From the IMG/VR virus record IMGVR_UViG_3300037483_001478, positions 135,989-176,864 of that record: a DNA stretch of 40,876 bases. The stretch is one strand, 5' to 3'. The DNA is from a virus. Positions within the stretch are counted from its first letter, which is position 1. The number at the start of each line of letters is the position of its first letter. Shown piece by piece: positions 10,050 to 20,304 of this stretch. Below the pieces are notes generated by a model, which saw nothing but the letters and a program-made list of their open reading frames with translations, did not search any database and had not been told where the DNA came from. A program made the translations under genes and the position numbers.

Positions 10050-10593
10050 TTTGACCACAGATCTCGTCCGCGAGGCACTTCTGTTCGCAATGGAAGCCCA
10101 TGCCGGGCAGAAGTATGCAGACGGGCCTTACCTTTTGCATCTGTTCGACGTGTACAACATCCTCATCGAGTATGGGCAAACAAACCCCAACCTACTTGCT
10201 GCAGGCTTGCTACACGATGTCATCGAGGACACGCCATATCACTACAGCGATATCTCTCGAAAGTTTGGCGATCGCGTGGCAGACCTTGTCTACGCCTGCA
10301 CGGATGACTTGGGGCGCAACCGTAAAGAGCGCAAGAGGAAAACGTGGCCTCGCTTTGTCTGCTGGATTGGGGAAAACGGAGAAGATGCCTTGTACATCAA
10401 GACTGCTGATTGGATTGCCCACGTGCGTCGGTGCTACCAAGGCGCACATGCTGATAAAGGTAAACTAGCAATGTACCAAAAAGATTGGTCGGTCCTACGA
10501 GAGCTGCTGAAGGGATTCCCCGAGTTGAGCTGTATGCTCGCCGAGCTGACTAAGATGCTCGATTCAGACGCGCCCGACTCTTGCGCTACGTAA
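10042..10593 (+). CDS. HD-domain hydrolase, RelA/SpoT (Mesh1/SAH)-like
   Basis: AHAGQKY..PYLLHL, AAGLLHDVIEDT, FGDRVADLV, IKTAD. Confidence 0.85.
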   Translation: MSSLTTDLVREALLFAMEAHAGQKYADGPYLLHLFDVYNILIEYGQTNPNLLAAGLLHDVIEDTPYHYSDISRKFGDRVADLVYACTDDLGRNRKERKRKTWPRFVCWIGENGEDALYIKTADWIAHVRRCYQGAHADKGKLAMYQKDWSVLRELLKGFPELSCMLAELTKMLDSDAPDSCAT

Positions 10594-10613
10594 AGGGCAT
10601 TGCGCCCTCTGTT

Positions 10614-10901
10614 CTATTTCACGACTTGCGAAGCAAACGACTCTTGCCCGCATGTCAAACACAGACCGAGCTCGTAGTCCCAGTGCATATCTTCGTGCTT
10701 GCAAGTGCACCCTCTTCTAGCAAGCTCTTCTTGGATTGACCGTAGCCCTGCAGCTGCCTTTTCCAAATGCTCTGCGCAGAAGACAGCCCTTTGGTAGCTC
10801 CCGTCAAATACTTGGGTGCGCATCATCACGACTGCAGGATCCTTACACCCTTTTTCGTCGCAGATGTCAGGGGTGGCAAGTGGAACGTACTCGGTGTTCA
10901 T
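10614..10901 (-). CDS. Small Cys-rich hypothetical protein
   Basis: CCAGGAG RBS downstream of the promoter motif at 10932. Confidence 0.65.
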   Translation of the reverse strand: MNTEYVPLATPDICDEKGCKDPAVVMMRTQVFDGSYQRAVFCAEHLEKAAAGLRSIQEELARRGCTCKHEDMHWDYELGLCLTCGQESFASQVVK

Positions 10902-10990
10902 GTTGGTCTCCTGGTTTTGTGGTTCACAGTACTTATGCCCGTAAATACCTTCGCATTTTAGCTAAGAGGGCAAGTGCAACAAGGCGCGCC

Positions 10991-11018
10991 TTGACACGCT
11001 TGTCCAATGTGCTATCAC
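10991..11018 (+). promoter_or_regulatory. Sigma70-like promoter upstream of the tRNA
   Basis: TTGACA-16 nt-TATCAC with extended TG. Confidence 0.5.
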
Positions 11019-11110
11019 TGCAGTATGGCTACTGCACCCCGCTACTACCGCCTCTCTTATCAACGCTAGCTTCCTGCGGTTCCTTTAGGCCTCTATTGGA
11101 CCCGCTATGA

Positions 11111-11199
11111 GGGTCGGTGGGCGAGTCTGGTCAAACCACCTGACTGTAAATCAGGCGTGCTTCGGCGCATCGCAGGTTCAAATCCTGCCCGGCCCTCCA
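11111..11199 (+). tRNA. tRNA-Tyr(GTA)
   Basis: Acceptor GGGTCGG/CCGGCCC, anticodon arm CCTGA-CTGTAAA-TCAGG, long variable arm, T arm GCAGG-TTCAAAT-CCTGC, encoded CCA. Confidence 0.92.
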
Positions 11200-11278
11200 T
11201 TTCCTTTCCCAAATGTGCTATGCTGCTTCAGAAGCTGTCGCTTGCGCGGCACCAGACGCCGCAGAAAGTGAGACAGCC

Positions 11279-11617
11279 ATGAGTGAGGTCAAAGGATTGG
11301 AAGTGGGCGACGTCATTCGGTATTGCGACCAAGTGCGATGTTGGCACAACGCGCTCGTCACAGCAGTGCACGGGGAACCTCAGCGCTACCGCCTCCTGAA
11401 TGAGGAGGAAGAGCGGCTGCATTACCCCTGCGTCAACCTGCTGTGGGTGGTGCGCGACGAGGGTCAGCAAGACCAGTATGGGCGGCAGATTGGCAGGGAA
11501 ACCTCGGTCAGCCACTTCGAAGGGAACGTAGCTTCGGGATTCTTCTGGTGCCACCCAGAAGATGAGGAGCGCGCCTCGAAGAAGATGGCCGAAGCCCTGC
11601 ACCACATCAAGTCCTAA
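11279..11617 (+). CDS. Hypothetical protein
   Basis: Probable start MSEVKG; ALVTAVHG..PCVNL motif. Confidence 0.65.
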   Translation: MSEVKGLEVGDVIRYCDQVRCWHNALVTAVHGEPQRYRLLNEEEERLHYPCVNLLWVVRDEGQQDQYGRQIGRETSVSHFEGNVASGFFWCHPEDEERASKKMAEALHHIKS

Positions 11618-11891
11618 GCTCTCAGTGGCTGGTGCCGAGTAGGTGCCTAATCATGCCCGTGGTTGTCTGTTGTCGCGCAAGCGACAGCTTTGCGCTTGGG
11701 CCGACCGCCGATGTGCAACGGCTGCACGGGTATATCGAGCTCCTTAGCGCACCCTCCGCACAAGTCTTTCCCCTTGCTCCGCCGCCAACCATAGGCCCGG
11801 GCCCATCGGCGCGCCTGGGCCGCTGTGGAGCTCTGACTGCGCAACCAATTGCCGCAAATATCGCACCACACCACGACTTCGTGCTTGCAGG

Positions 11892-12191
11892 TCATCCTTC
11901 CTCCTTCCGGTCTAGTGCGGGCATAAAGCATCTCAACCAAGCTTGGCCCATATGACCGCTGAGCTTGATAATGAGCCCGTCAGCGAAGCGTAGTTCCTCG
12001 ATGTTCAGCACGTCGTTTTCGAAGTTGAGAATGGCCTCCGTGACTACATTCTTCTCGAGCGCTTTGCGTGCCCTTTCAAGGAGGGCTGCCTTGTCGAGCC
12101 CATGCTGGTGCGTTGACTCACACTCCGCCGCAATGCTGTGCGTAGTGTAGAGCTCGCTGCACTTATCGCATCTGTACAGTTCCATTACCAT
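11892..12191 (-). CDS. Hypothetical protein with N-terminal Zn knuckle
   Basis: YRCDKC..ECESTH; CAGGAG RBS. Confidence 0.6.
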   Translation of the reverse strand: MVMELYRCDKCSELYTTHSIAAECESTHQHGLDKAALLERARKALEKNVVTEAILNFENDVLNIEELRFADGLIIKLSGHMGQAWLRCFMPALDRKEEG

Positions 12192-12444
12192 TCTAGGTCT
12201 CCTGTGGGTTGCTAAAAGGTTTGCGCTGATCCATCTCCCAAAGTGGCTCCTTTGGGAGATGGATCAAAAAGAGGTCAGCGCGGGGTACCTTCGGCTCCCT
12301 TGAAGGAGTGGCGCATCCCAAACTCCCCATCAATATGCGTGATGAGAGGTTTTACCGCATCGAACCACTTGTCCTCGAGGTCGTTAGCCTCGGCGTGGGC
12401 CTTGTAAACAGCGCTTCATTTCAGGGCGCTACTAGGAGTATAGG

Positions 12445-12774
12445 ATGACGAGCAAGAAATCGGATTCAAATCTCAAGGATGGCTTCTCGAATGCGGTAAC
12501 CGCAGCATTGCGCGCTGATCTCATACGCGACTTCGAAAAAGTGGATGCGCGCGTCCTCCTCGACATGCTGGGAACCACCAGGATTCATCTCAACGAAGCA
12601 GCTAACTACCATTGGGCCAACGCAGAGCGCTTGGGGTTGCCACAAGGAGAAGATGCCAAAGCACTAGCCCAAGTCATGGCAGTCCTCACAGCCGTTGAGA
12701 ACCTCATCGCCATCCTCAAGGCGTATGAACGAGAAGACCCTTTTACCGCTATGGCTCGGTTGCTTCATGGGTGA
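12445..12774 (+). CDS. Hypothetical protein
   Basis: AGGAG RBS. Confidence 0.6.
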   Translation: MTSKKSDSNLKDGFSNAVTAALRADLIRDFEKVDARVLLDMLGTTRIHLNEAANYHWANAERLGLPQGEDAKALAQVMAVLTAVENLIAILKAYEREDPFTAMARLLHG

Positions 12775-12823
12775 ATGGAGCTCGGCCGCCCCTTTCCCCG
12801 CCACAACCCACAGGAGACCTTAT

Positions 12824-13335
12824 ATGACTCACGCTGACTTCTTGAATGTGCTCAACTGCTATGAAGCGAATGACTTGGCTGAAATCCTACTTGCGCGGCC
12901 CGCAACATTGCTGACAGCCCTCGACAAGGCTGGCGGCTCGACCTCATTCAACACTTGCTGTCCCGTCTAGACAGCATCATTGAGGAGGGAGGCGCGCTCC
13001 CATGCTTGTTTGGCGCGCTCGGTGAACCCTATACGAGGGAAGTGGTCATCCCAGCTATCGTGGCGCTCTCCTTGGGGTGGCACCCTGACTCCAACGAAGA
13101 AGCCAAGAAGGCGCTATACGCTATTCTTGAGGCGGCCCCCGACGCCGAGCTCATAAAGGTGCACGACTATCTCTCGGCGCAAGACGCTCTATGGGTGTTG
13201 GTTTCACAGTCCTTATACCCGATCCCGCCAACCCTTTTCGCTCTTCCAATGGCAACCCAAAAGGGCGGCAAAATAGTGGGCAGGGGTTGTGTACCAGCTC
13301 CTGCAATACACTCCTTCCCAATGAAGGACCCTTGA
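12824..13335 (+). pseudogene. Hypothetical gene with an apparent 1-nt frameshift near 12933
   Basis: MTHADF...LDKAG then RLDLIQHLLSRLDS in the next frame. Confidence 0.5.
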
Positions 13336-13775
13336 GGGCGGCAACAAGGTAGGCAGAGCACGCGTCCCCCTACAGATATACACTACCAACCAATAAGGGG
13401 AGGACCCAAAGGGCCGCCAAAAAGGTGGGCAGGATAAGAGACCTATAACAACGATAACAATACACACGAGCACAACAAGGGAGGAGGGAGGAAAGAGGGA
13501 AAAGGGACGTGAGGAGAGAAGAAATGTAGAAGGAGGCATACATAAAGTTTATGTATAAGGGGAGGAAGGGAGAGGGAAGGACGAATATGGGCTTATTTAC
13601 CCCTCTAGAGGGGTAAATAAGGAAGGGGAGGTGGCTTTCTTTTGATCCCCCAAGAGTGTCCCCTTTTATTGGCCCCCCTCCTGTGTCTCATAACGGCGTC
13701 GTTACGCAACCACAATCAACACCCAATCGGCTCCTCAGCCCTCCATCAACCCCCTCATCCACCCCCATCAACCCA

Positions 13776-13791
13776 TGTTTCACGTGAAACA
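13776..13791. promoter_or_regulatory. parS: parS site
   Basis: Perfect TGTTTCACGTGAAACA in non-coding DNA. Confidence 0.8.
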
Positions 13792-14050
13792 TTGAGTACC
13801 AAGCGCACTGTTCATTTCCTACACACGGGATAACCCCACTTATCTCCCAAAACTTCAGAAGTGATACGCTCCCCTCCCAATGCAGAACTACGATCTCCCC
13901 AACACCCCTCATTTGGCGATTCTATCGATAACTCTCGGAGCAATTGGCGATTTAACCAAAACAGCTGTAGGGCATTCAGGTTTCGCAGCGAAACTCCCAC
14001 ACACGGGCTAAAGTTTCGCAGCGAAACTCCAAACAGGTTGTGAGGTAACC

Positions 14051-14254
14051 ATGACGATTGACCAAGCGATAACGTTTCTTGAGGGAGAGCGACTCACTAG
14101 GGAAGGACGTATAGCAGTAAGGGTGTTGAGGAAGGCTGTCGAATCTATTCGCGCGGGCGCGCCCGCAACTGAAGTAGTGCTTAAGTCGTTTCACCCAATT
14201 GAGCGCATACCGGCCCCGTTGGCTACACAAAACCACTCACTAGAGAAGGAGTGA
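14051..14254 (+). CDS. Small hypothetical protein
   Basis: GAGGT RBS. Confidence 0.5.
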   Translation: MTIDQAITFLEGERLTREGRIAVRVLRKAVESIRAGAPATEVVLKSFHPIERIPAPLATQNHSLEKE

Positions 14255-14926
14255 CGTAAAAGCTAAAGAAAAGGATTGACAGGCCCTCAGGGGATGCGAT
14301 AGGTGACTTACGTCACCTATCGCATCCTATCCCTCTGACAGCTTGAACGGTGTTTGCGTCGTACTCTCTAGGGTGCGGTAGGTGACTTACTTCGTAGCGC
14401 CCATAGCGCGACCCATATGATTGCCCAACAGGCGAGTGCAAATAAGCTATCTAGTGCGGCCCATATTGTGGGCCGCTTTGAGTGCTCTTGTGCCATCAGG
14501 GCTCCTCGACTGGCGGTACATCTAGGTTGACAGCCACAACCTTTAGGGGCGCGGCTAGGGTGACTTCAGCGGTGAAGCCCTCATTGCCATCCCACTTGAA
14601 TTCCAGTTGGGTGATGGCACCTTTCCCAATGGCCTCTGCGTAGGCATACAGCTGCTGTGAGATCCCTTCTCTGATGAAACCCTTCTCGCCCATTGAACCC
14701 TCCTTGAACTATGGCTACCAGTTTGGTTCCCGGTAGCCAAAACTGGTGGACAGACCACAAAACCTCTCTTCCCAAAATTTTCCTATATTGATTTTTGGGT
14801 CGATGCCCCCCGTAAGAGCGCAAGCGGTCCTGTATGGTGCCCTCTAGAATTTTGGGTTAATGTTTTTCTGGGTTAGGCTCCCGGTGGGCGAGCAAAAAGC
14901 GGCACTTAGATTTTTTTGGAGGCGTC

Positions 14927-15400
14927 ATGTTTAGGTCCTTTGTAGACGAGATGGCGAAGATTGCCGATATTGAGTTCGGCGAAGGTCCTGTAAACGCTAG
15001 GAAGCTAGTCGCTGGGGGTATATTCATTGGCGCAGACAGCGACCACGGTAAGAAGACGCAAGAGATCACGAAGCACCTAGAAGCCTTGGGTAGCCTGCGC
15101 AAAGCTAGGGAAGCTTACCAAAAAGACCACCCCAGCGACTTTGTTACGGGCGCTTGGCGTCTAGAAGCTCCCCCTTCTGGAGTAGCCCACAAGCTGAAAT
15201 CCTTGTTCGGCAGCGCGGCAGCAAAATCCCTGCAGAAGTCCTACGAGGATCGCGTAAAGAACCCTCGTATTTTTGTCCGTGTAGCCCCTTCTGGAAGCTC
15301 CGGCCAAAGCATGTTTTACGACGAAGTTGCGCGAGGCTACTACGATTCTGAGCTCGACCAACCCCACATCCCTAAGGAAGACCGCTGGGTGGCGGCGTAG
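14927..15400 (+). CDS. Hypothetical protein with N-terminal FxDEMxKIA motif
   Basis: GGAGG RBS. Confidence 0.7.
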   Translation: MFRSFVDEMAKIADIEFGEGPVNARKLVAGGIFIGADSDHGKKTQEITKHLEALGSLRKAREAYQKDHPSDFVTGAWRLEAPPSGVAHKLKSLFGSAAAKSLQKSYEDRVKNPRIFVRVAPSGSSGQSMFYDEVARGYYDSELDQPHIPKEDRWVAA

Positions 15401-15633
15401 CGCTCGGCAAGGAAGGACCTATGGAAGACACCATCGAAGCTCTTCTAGAGCAGTTCATGCGACAAGCTAAAGCTCCCCTGGGGCCAGACCCACTCGGGGA
15501 GGTCTTGGCAGACATCGTGTGGCAACGCATTGAGAACCCACCCGACTTTTTGGGCCCAAAGAAAGATGGCTAAAAGGGCCGAAGCCCTCATCTTTCTTTC
15601 TTCCCGCCCTACCCACGAGTTGCTGGGAGGGGG

Positions 15634-16317
15634 CTACTTCGACAGGAGCCACTGAAGGTCCTCATCTTGGGAGAGATCCTTCAGTGCTTCCTTGGCGCTT
15701 TCAGAGTCGAGCTCCACTTCGTAGTTTTGGCGGAGCGCTCTGGCTGCGGTGATGATGCTATCAAGTAGGCCTACACAGGCCCCTTCTCGACTTCGGCAAT
15801 CCGTCGAGGTCTCTTTAGGCGCACTCCTTTGCCCCAGATAGCCCAGAGCCCCGTATCCTTGGTCCAAAGGTAGGCCCACAGTCCTGCCGTTTTCTGCTAC
15901 CAGTTCCTTGATGCACTGGAAGGCCATACGGTCCAGCGCACCGACAAAGGGTGTTGGTGCCCCAGCTCCCACCCACACGTCTGGACTGCAGCTATACCGC
16001 TGGTGAAGGACAAACGCTCCCTCGACCCGCACGCTGTGCCTGCTCCGGGTCCACATCGCGATGGCGACAAACCGCCGTCCACGGTAGTCGACCCCTTGAG
16101 CAATAGGCCCTGGAAGATCGGCCTTCTTGACCTTATCGAGGTACCCAGTTTCCCCAACGGCAGCCTCGATGGCGGGGGCGTTGAGGCTGTCTATCCACTC
16201 TATCACCTCAGCATTACTCGGGCGCTTGGTACCCTCGATGTACGCTTCGGTCTTCGGCCCTGACTCGAATTGCGCGGCAATATACTCTTGAAGGTTCAGC
16301 ATGTGTGTCTCCTGCAT
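15634..16317 (-). CDS. Hypothetical protein
   Basis: Long ORF followed by a terminator. Confidence 0.7.
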   Translation of the reverse strand: MQETHMLNLQEYIAAQFESGPKTEAYIEGTKRPSNAEVIEWIDSLNAPAIEAAVGETGYLDKVKKADLPGPIAQGVDYRGRRFVAIAMWTRSRHSVRVEGAFVLHQRYSCSPDVWVGAGAPTPFVGALDRMAFQCIKELVAENGRTVGLPLDQGYGALGYLGQRSAPKETSTDCRSREGACVGLLDSIITAARALRQNYEVELDSESAKEALKDLSQDEDLQWLLSK

Positions 16318-16333
16318 TTAGGATAGATTTGCG

Positions 16334-16759
16334 CTAGGACCGGCGACTAGGAACAGGCAGGGCAGCGAGATAGGCTACGTCGTATCTGGTTTGGTCATTT
16401 TTGATCAGACTTGGAGCTCCTGAGTGCTCCAAGTCCCACTTCTCTTCCCACCCGAGAAGTAGTTCGAAGTATTTGTCAGGGTGCATACTCCCTCTGTGCT
16501 CTTTCTCAATGAGTGGATTGATGTAGTCGCAAAAGGCGTTATGCTTCTCCACGTAGGCGGCGCTCGCTAGGAGGTAGCTGCCGAAGTGTTCATGGTGGAT
16601 GAACATTGGTGGCGCCTTCTCACCGTCTAGGCAGGCAGTCCACATAGCCTTAACTATGCCGATACGCTGGTTGAAACTGTGCAACGAGGGCGCACTCTCT
16701 GCGAGTGCTGCTGCGGCCTGCAGTTGGGAGTACACAGAGAAGTCTGGTTTGTGGTCCAT
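16334..16759 (-). CDS. Hypothetical protein
   Basis: Start MDHKPD with CCAGGAG RBS downstream of the promoter motif. Confidence 0.65.
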   Translation of the reverse strand: MDHKPDFSVYSQLQAAAALAESAPSLHSFNQRIGIVKAMWTACLDGEKAPPMFIHHEHFGSYLLASAAYVEKHNAFCDYINPLIEKEHRGSMHPDKYFELLLGWEEKWDLEHSGAPSLIKNDQTRYDVAYLAALPVPSRRS

Positions 16760-16789
16760 GACAGGTCTCCTGGTTTGTGGTTCACAGTA

Positions 16790-16816
16790 CTTATACCCAG
16801 GAAACTGTAGTAATTT
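16790..16816 (-). promoter_or_regulatory. Representative copy of the repeated phage promoter-like motif AAAT-N14-15-GGNATAAG
   Basis: Copies with + strand CTTATNCC starting at 808, 8738, 10932, 16790, 24718, 26510, 29577, 32927, 34129, 38790, 38896; nearly all upstream of minus-strand genes. Confidence 0.7.
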
Positions 16817-17513
16817 CACACACTTAAGCTAAAAAGAGCCCGAAGGCTCTGAGGGGGTTTGCGGAGGAACCCGCAGGAAGGCTTTACTTTTTTGAGTACT
16901 CTGATTGCATCCTCTTCGGCGGGTCTCCTCTTGTATCCCAGCTACAAATGCTCCCAAAGAGAGGCCTAGTAGGGCAAGCACGGCTAACTGCACAGCGCCG
17001 CCATCCTTTTTTGCAGCTCTTCTTACAAAGTCTGCTATCCCCGCGCGGTCGTTGGCTTTGCACTTGCGCCGCATGGCATTGAGCAGTTCGTTCCATTTTT
17101 CTGGCCCTCCGCACTTTGCGATGGTGTGCTCCAGTAGCTGTTTAATTTCTGGGTTCATGCTGCATCCTTTTGCCAAGATGTTCTTCTAGGCCCTTCACCA
17201 CTTGATGTGCTCCACTTGCGCCTCGTGGGAAAAAAGAGGCCACCTCTCAGTGCGCCGCATTAGGTCAAGCTCGACCTCAGCGTCGCGCCGGTTGCCATGG
17301 TCTAAAGCTCCTGCAGGTATCCCGCGTTTGGTTCTTGGGAGCAAAACCTGATGCCCTAGCCTGTTTAGGCATAGCACTAGGGACGCGCTTGTTATGAACC
17401 AACCTTCCTGTTTCATGGCCTACACCTCGTTTTAGGTATGGATCATCCAACCATCCGGGCTTGGAATATCCCCATGGCGTTCGTCTAGGGGCTCTGCACG
17501 AAGGTCTACTTTG

Positions 17514-17897
17514 CTAGCGGCGTACATAGAGGCAGGCGCAGTGCCTACAAACGTAGACGTTCTCCAAAGGCTCGTGGTGCTCTAGCCTGGAGCGGGCCTT
17601 ACAGACATTCTTTTGCGAAGGCCCACAGCCATCCTCTAGGGTGGACGGGTCAAGGACCAAAACAGGTTCTTTCTGCGCAGCGTAGGCCGCGCCAGGACGC
17701 AACCCGCGTTTACGGGCTTCATCATACCACTTCCAGGTTCTCGCAGGCTTGCAGGGGTAGGTGTCGCCTCTGTGCATCCAGTTGGCGCCGTCTTTGAAGC
17801 CGGCGCGGTAAGCCAAGTGGGTGCATACTCCGGCTAGGGAAGCAGCGCCCACAATCAGCACATAGATGGCTATCTCGCCAATCTGTGCGGCAGTCAT
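17514..17897 (-). CDS. Membrane-anchored hypothetical protein
   Basis: N-terminal hydrophobic helix. Confidence 0.55.
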   Translation of the reverse strand: MTAAQIGEIAIYVLIVGAASLAGVCTHLAYRAGFKDGANWMHRGDTYPCKPARTWKWYDEARKRGLRPGAAYAAQKEPVLVLDPSTLEDGCGPSQKNVCKARSRLEHHEPLENVYVCRHCACLYVRR

Positions 17898-17934
17898 AGC
17901 TAATTCGTATCCTTTGGTTGGCGTAGGTTTGTAG

Positions 17935-18711
17935 TCAAAACGTCTCCTCTGTTAAAATCTCGTAGGTGGCTTCCGCGAGGTCGCACCAGTCGATTCTACG
18001 TGCTGCGCAGGCAGCTGCTCCCCATGCAGCTTGCGTCTCGTCTTTCTCTGTCGCACGAAGGACAACATCTGCGATCCATAGGTACAAGGCGTTATCCGAC
18101 GAGATAGTATGGAAGACCTTGGAACACACCCTGAATGACTCTTCTATTTTGTACGCAGGGGTATTCGTATTGGCGGCAGCTCTTGCTGCCGCCGTGAGTC
18201 TTGGGTCAATAGCAAGACCTGCAGCAGTCCCTACCCGTATCGCGAGTTCTGCATAGATACCTGCGAGTTGACGCAACTCACGACCAGTGAATAGACCTGA
18301 GTGTGTCGTGAGGTACACCCATTTATCCCGAGGGCAAGTGGGCCCCTTATATAGTTCTCGCAGTGACTTACTGCTATAGTTGAGCAAATGTAGATCAGGG
18401 TCTCCGCCGTCAAAGTAGTAAGTACCGCCCGTGTTGAGTTGGGGCTCGCTCAGCGGCGCATCGAGCACACCACTAATGGTGTCTATGGGCGCAATCGGTG
18501 AGCGCTTGGGCTTTCTTGTTCCTAGAGTGTACCCTTTTTCTAGGCCGTCGCGCAGCTCTGCAAGACCTCTAGCGAGCTCACAGATTCCGCAGATACCGCA
18601 AGGAGGTCCAGGATTCTTACGGTCAACCCGTTCACATTGAGTCTCAGCCAAGGCCGCCGCTCGAATAAGGAAGTCTGAGGCTTCTTCAAGGGTCATCGGC
18701 AGGCTCCTCAT
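17935..18711 (-). CDS. Hypothetical protein
   Basis: Probable start with AAGGAG RBS; CPRDKWVYL motif and Ala-rich C-terminus. Confidence 0.6.
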   Translation of the reverse strand: MRSLPMTLEEASDFLIRAAALAETQCERVDRKNPGPPCGICGICELARGLAELRDGLEKGYTLGTRKPKRSPIAPIDTISGVLDAPLSEPQLNTGGTYYFDGGDPDLHLLNYSSKSLRELYKGPTCPRDKWVYLTTHSGLFTGRELRQLAGIYAELAIRVGTAAGLAIDPRLTAAARAAANTNTPAYKIEESFRVCSKVFHTISSDNALYLWIADVVLRATEKDETQAAWGAAACAARRIDWCDLAEATYEILTEETF

Positions 18712-18767
18712 GGTGTGTAGCTCCTTCGAGCTTTGAGATGCGCTTTCCAATAGCGCACCCCCGAGGA

Positions 18768-18986
18768 TTAAGGATTCGGTGGCGCTTCGCTGGCCTTTTC
18801 TTTCGAGAAATACCTGCATAGGATAGTCGCAGCAATGAGCTGCGACGCTGTACCAAGTGCATAGCCCGCCACGGCACACATCCACCAAGCATCTTCAAAG
18901 ATTGGTTTTGGCGCAACCCACGTTGCTGCTGCAGAGCAGGGTACGCCAAAAAGGATGGACAGTTTCCATATGGTCAAGTTGCTCAT
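18768..18986 (-). CDS. Small membrane protein
   Basis: Two hydrophobic segments; GGAGAGG RBS. Confidence 0.55.
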   Translation of the reverse strand: MSNLTIWKLSILFGVPCSAAATWVAPKPIFEDAWWMCAVAGYALGTASQLIAATILCRYFSKEKASEAPPNP

Positions 18987-19008
18987 TCACCTCTCCTGAA
19001 ACGCCGAA

Positions 19009-19323
19009 CTACTTTAAGCCGACAGAGTAGGTTTCGTCTGCCAGCCTTGGGTTGAATCCATCATGCTGCTCCGGATCATACTTTTGGATTTCTAAGGCAC
19101 ACGGAGCGGTGCCTGAGTAGAATTTTGAGCGACCCTCCAGCCGTTCTACGAAGTCGTTGGGGTCCAGGTAACGCACCATGCGTGTTACTCCAGAGCATAG
19201 GACCGTTAGGCTATAGAGGCCGCCAGGGCACTTGTTAGCTTCCGCGCTAAGCACCCAGCCTGCAAAGAACGCGGTAAGGTTTATCAGCGCAAAGAACGCC
19301 GTCATCTTCACTTTACGAAGCAC
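19009..19323 (-). CDS. Secreted or membrane hypothetical protein
   Basis: Signal-like N-terminus. Confidence 0.5.
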   Translation of the reverse strand: MLRKVKMTAFFALINLTAFFAGWVLSAEANKCPGGLYSLTVLCSGVTRMVRYLDPNDFVERLEGRSKFYSGTAPCALEIQKYDPEQHDGFNPRLADETYSVGLK

Positions 19324-19819
19324 GATGAGCTCCTGTTCGCGGTAGCACTTACGGTAACCATTTGTTCCTCCAATTTACAGGCGAATTACGGCATATATCT
19401 GTAGGCCAATACCAAAGGCGGCTATGTACCAGTGGGGTCCGGGGCACAAAACGATTGCTACAGATTGAAGCGCAATGCCGCCGATCATGATTTTTTTGGA
19501 AGTCTCGCTCATCGCTCTTGCACTCCATCGATGTCCCACAGAAACCCTAGATTCCACGCGCAGTCTTCCACAGGTTGCGGGGAGTAACAGGGTGCGGTAA
19601 CCACGCGCGAGCCTTGGATGAAAAGTGTGATGGTACTCTCGCCGCTAAGGTAGCCCGAATCAACATCACTGGAGAACACGACATATGCGGGGTCTGCAGG
19701 CGCTAGGTGGTTAAGGTATAGGGTAGTCAGACGGCCGCACACAAACCCGGCCAGGAAAATGACCAACAGGGTACCTAGGGGACGTCGCTTCCTGCTCCGT
19801 CGTATAACCAAGTCCACGT

Positions 19820-20041
19820 TCATGCTTTGTCCTCTATCAGCGTAAGCCGCTGCCATTGGCTGATGCGTTCCATCGCAAAGCCCCTCACCTCGCCACTTTC
19901 GACATCGGCAGCAAAAAGGATCCACTGAGGTTCGGGGTACCAAGCTGTAGAAGTGAATTCGAGCCGCAGAGGCTGCACCATACGCCGGCGAGTTATGCCT
20001 TTGTGATTGGTGTACAGAAACTGAACGATTTCCATGCGCAC
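19820..20041 (-). CDS. Stand-alone WYL-domain protein
   Basis: FLYTNHKG...RMVQP...QWILFAAD..GEVRGFAMERI. Confidence 0.75.
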   Translation of the reverse strand: MRMEIVQFLYTNHKGITRRRMVQPLRLEFTSTAWYPEPQWILFAADVESGEVRGFAMERISQWQRLTLIEDKA

Positions 20042-20304
20042 TCCACATTCAGGTTTTGGTTTTTCGCCCCCGAGCTCTTTTAGCTGCCCACCGAATCCAT
20101 TGAACGCTCGTAGGCAGATAGGTAAGGCGGTTGTAGCTCTTCCAGCAAGGAGGGCATAAAACTAGCCCAGTATCTGTCATGCCGTACTCCTGGCCCGGTT
20201 GTAGACAAACAATGCAGGCTTGAGTGGGCGTTGCTCTATTCGTCTCTTTCTTTTTGGGCATCGTTCGTACTCACAAGGGGCGACCTTACCCCGATAAATC
20301 GTAG

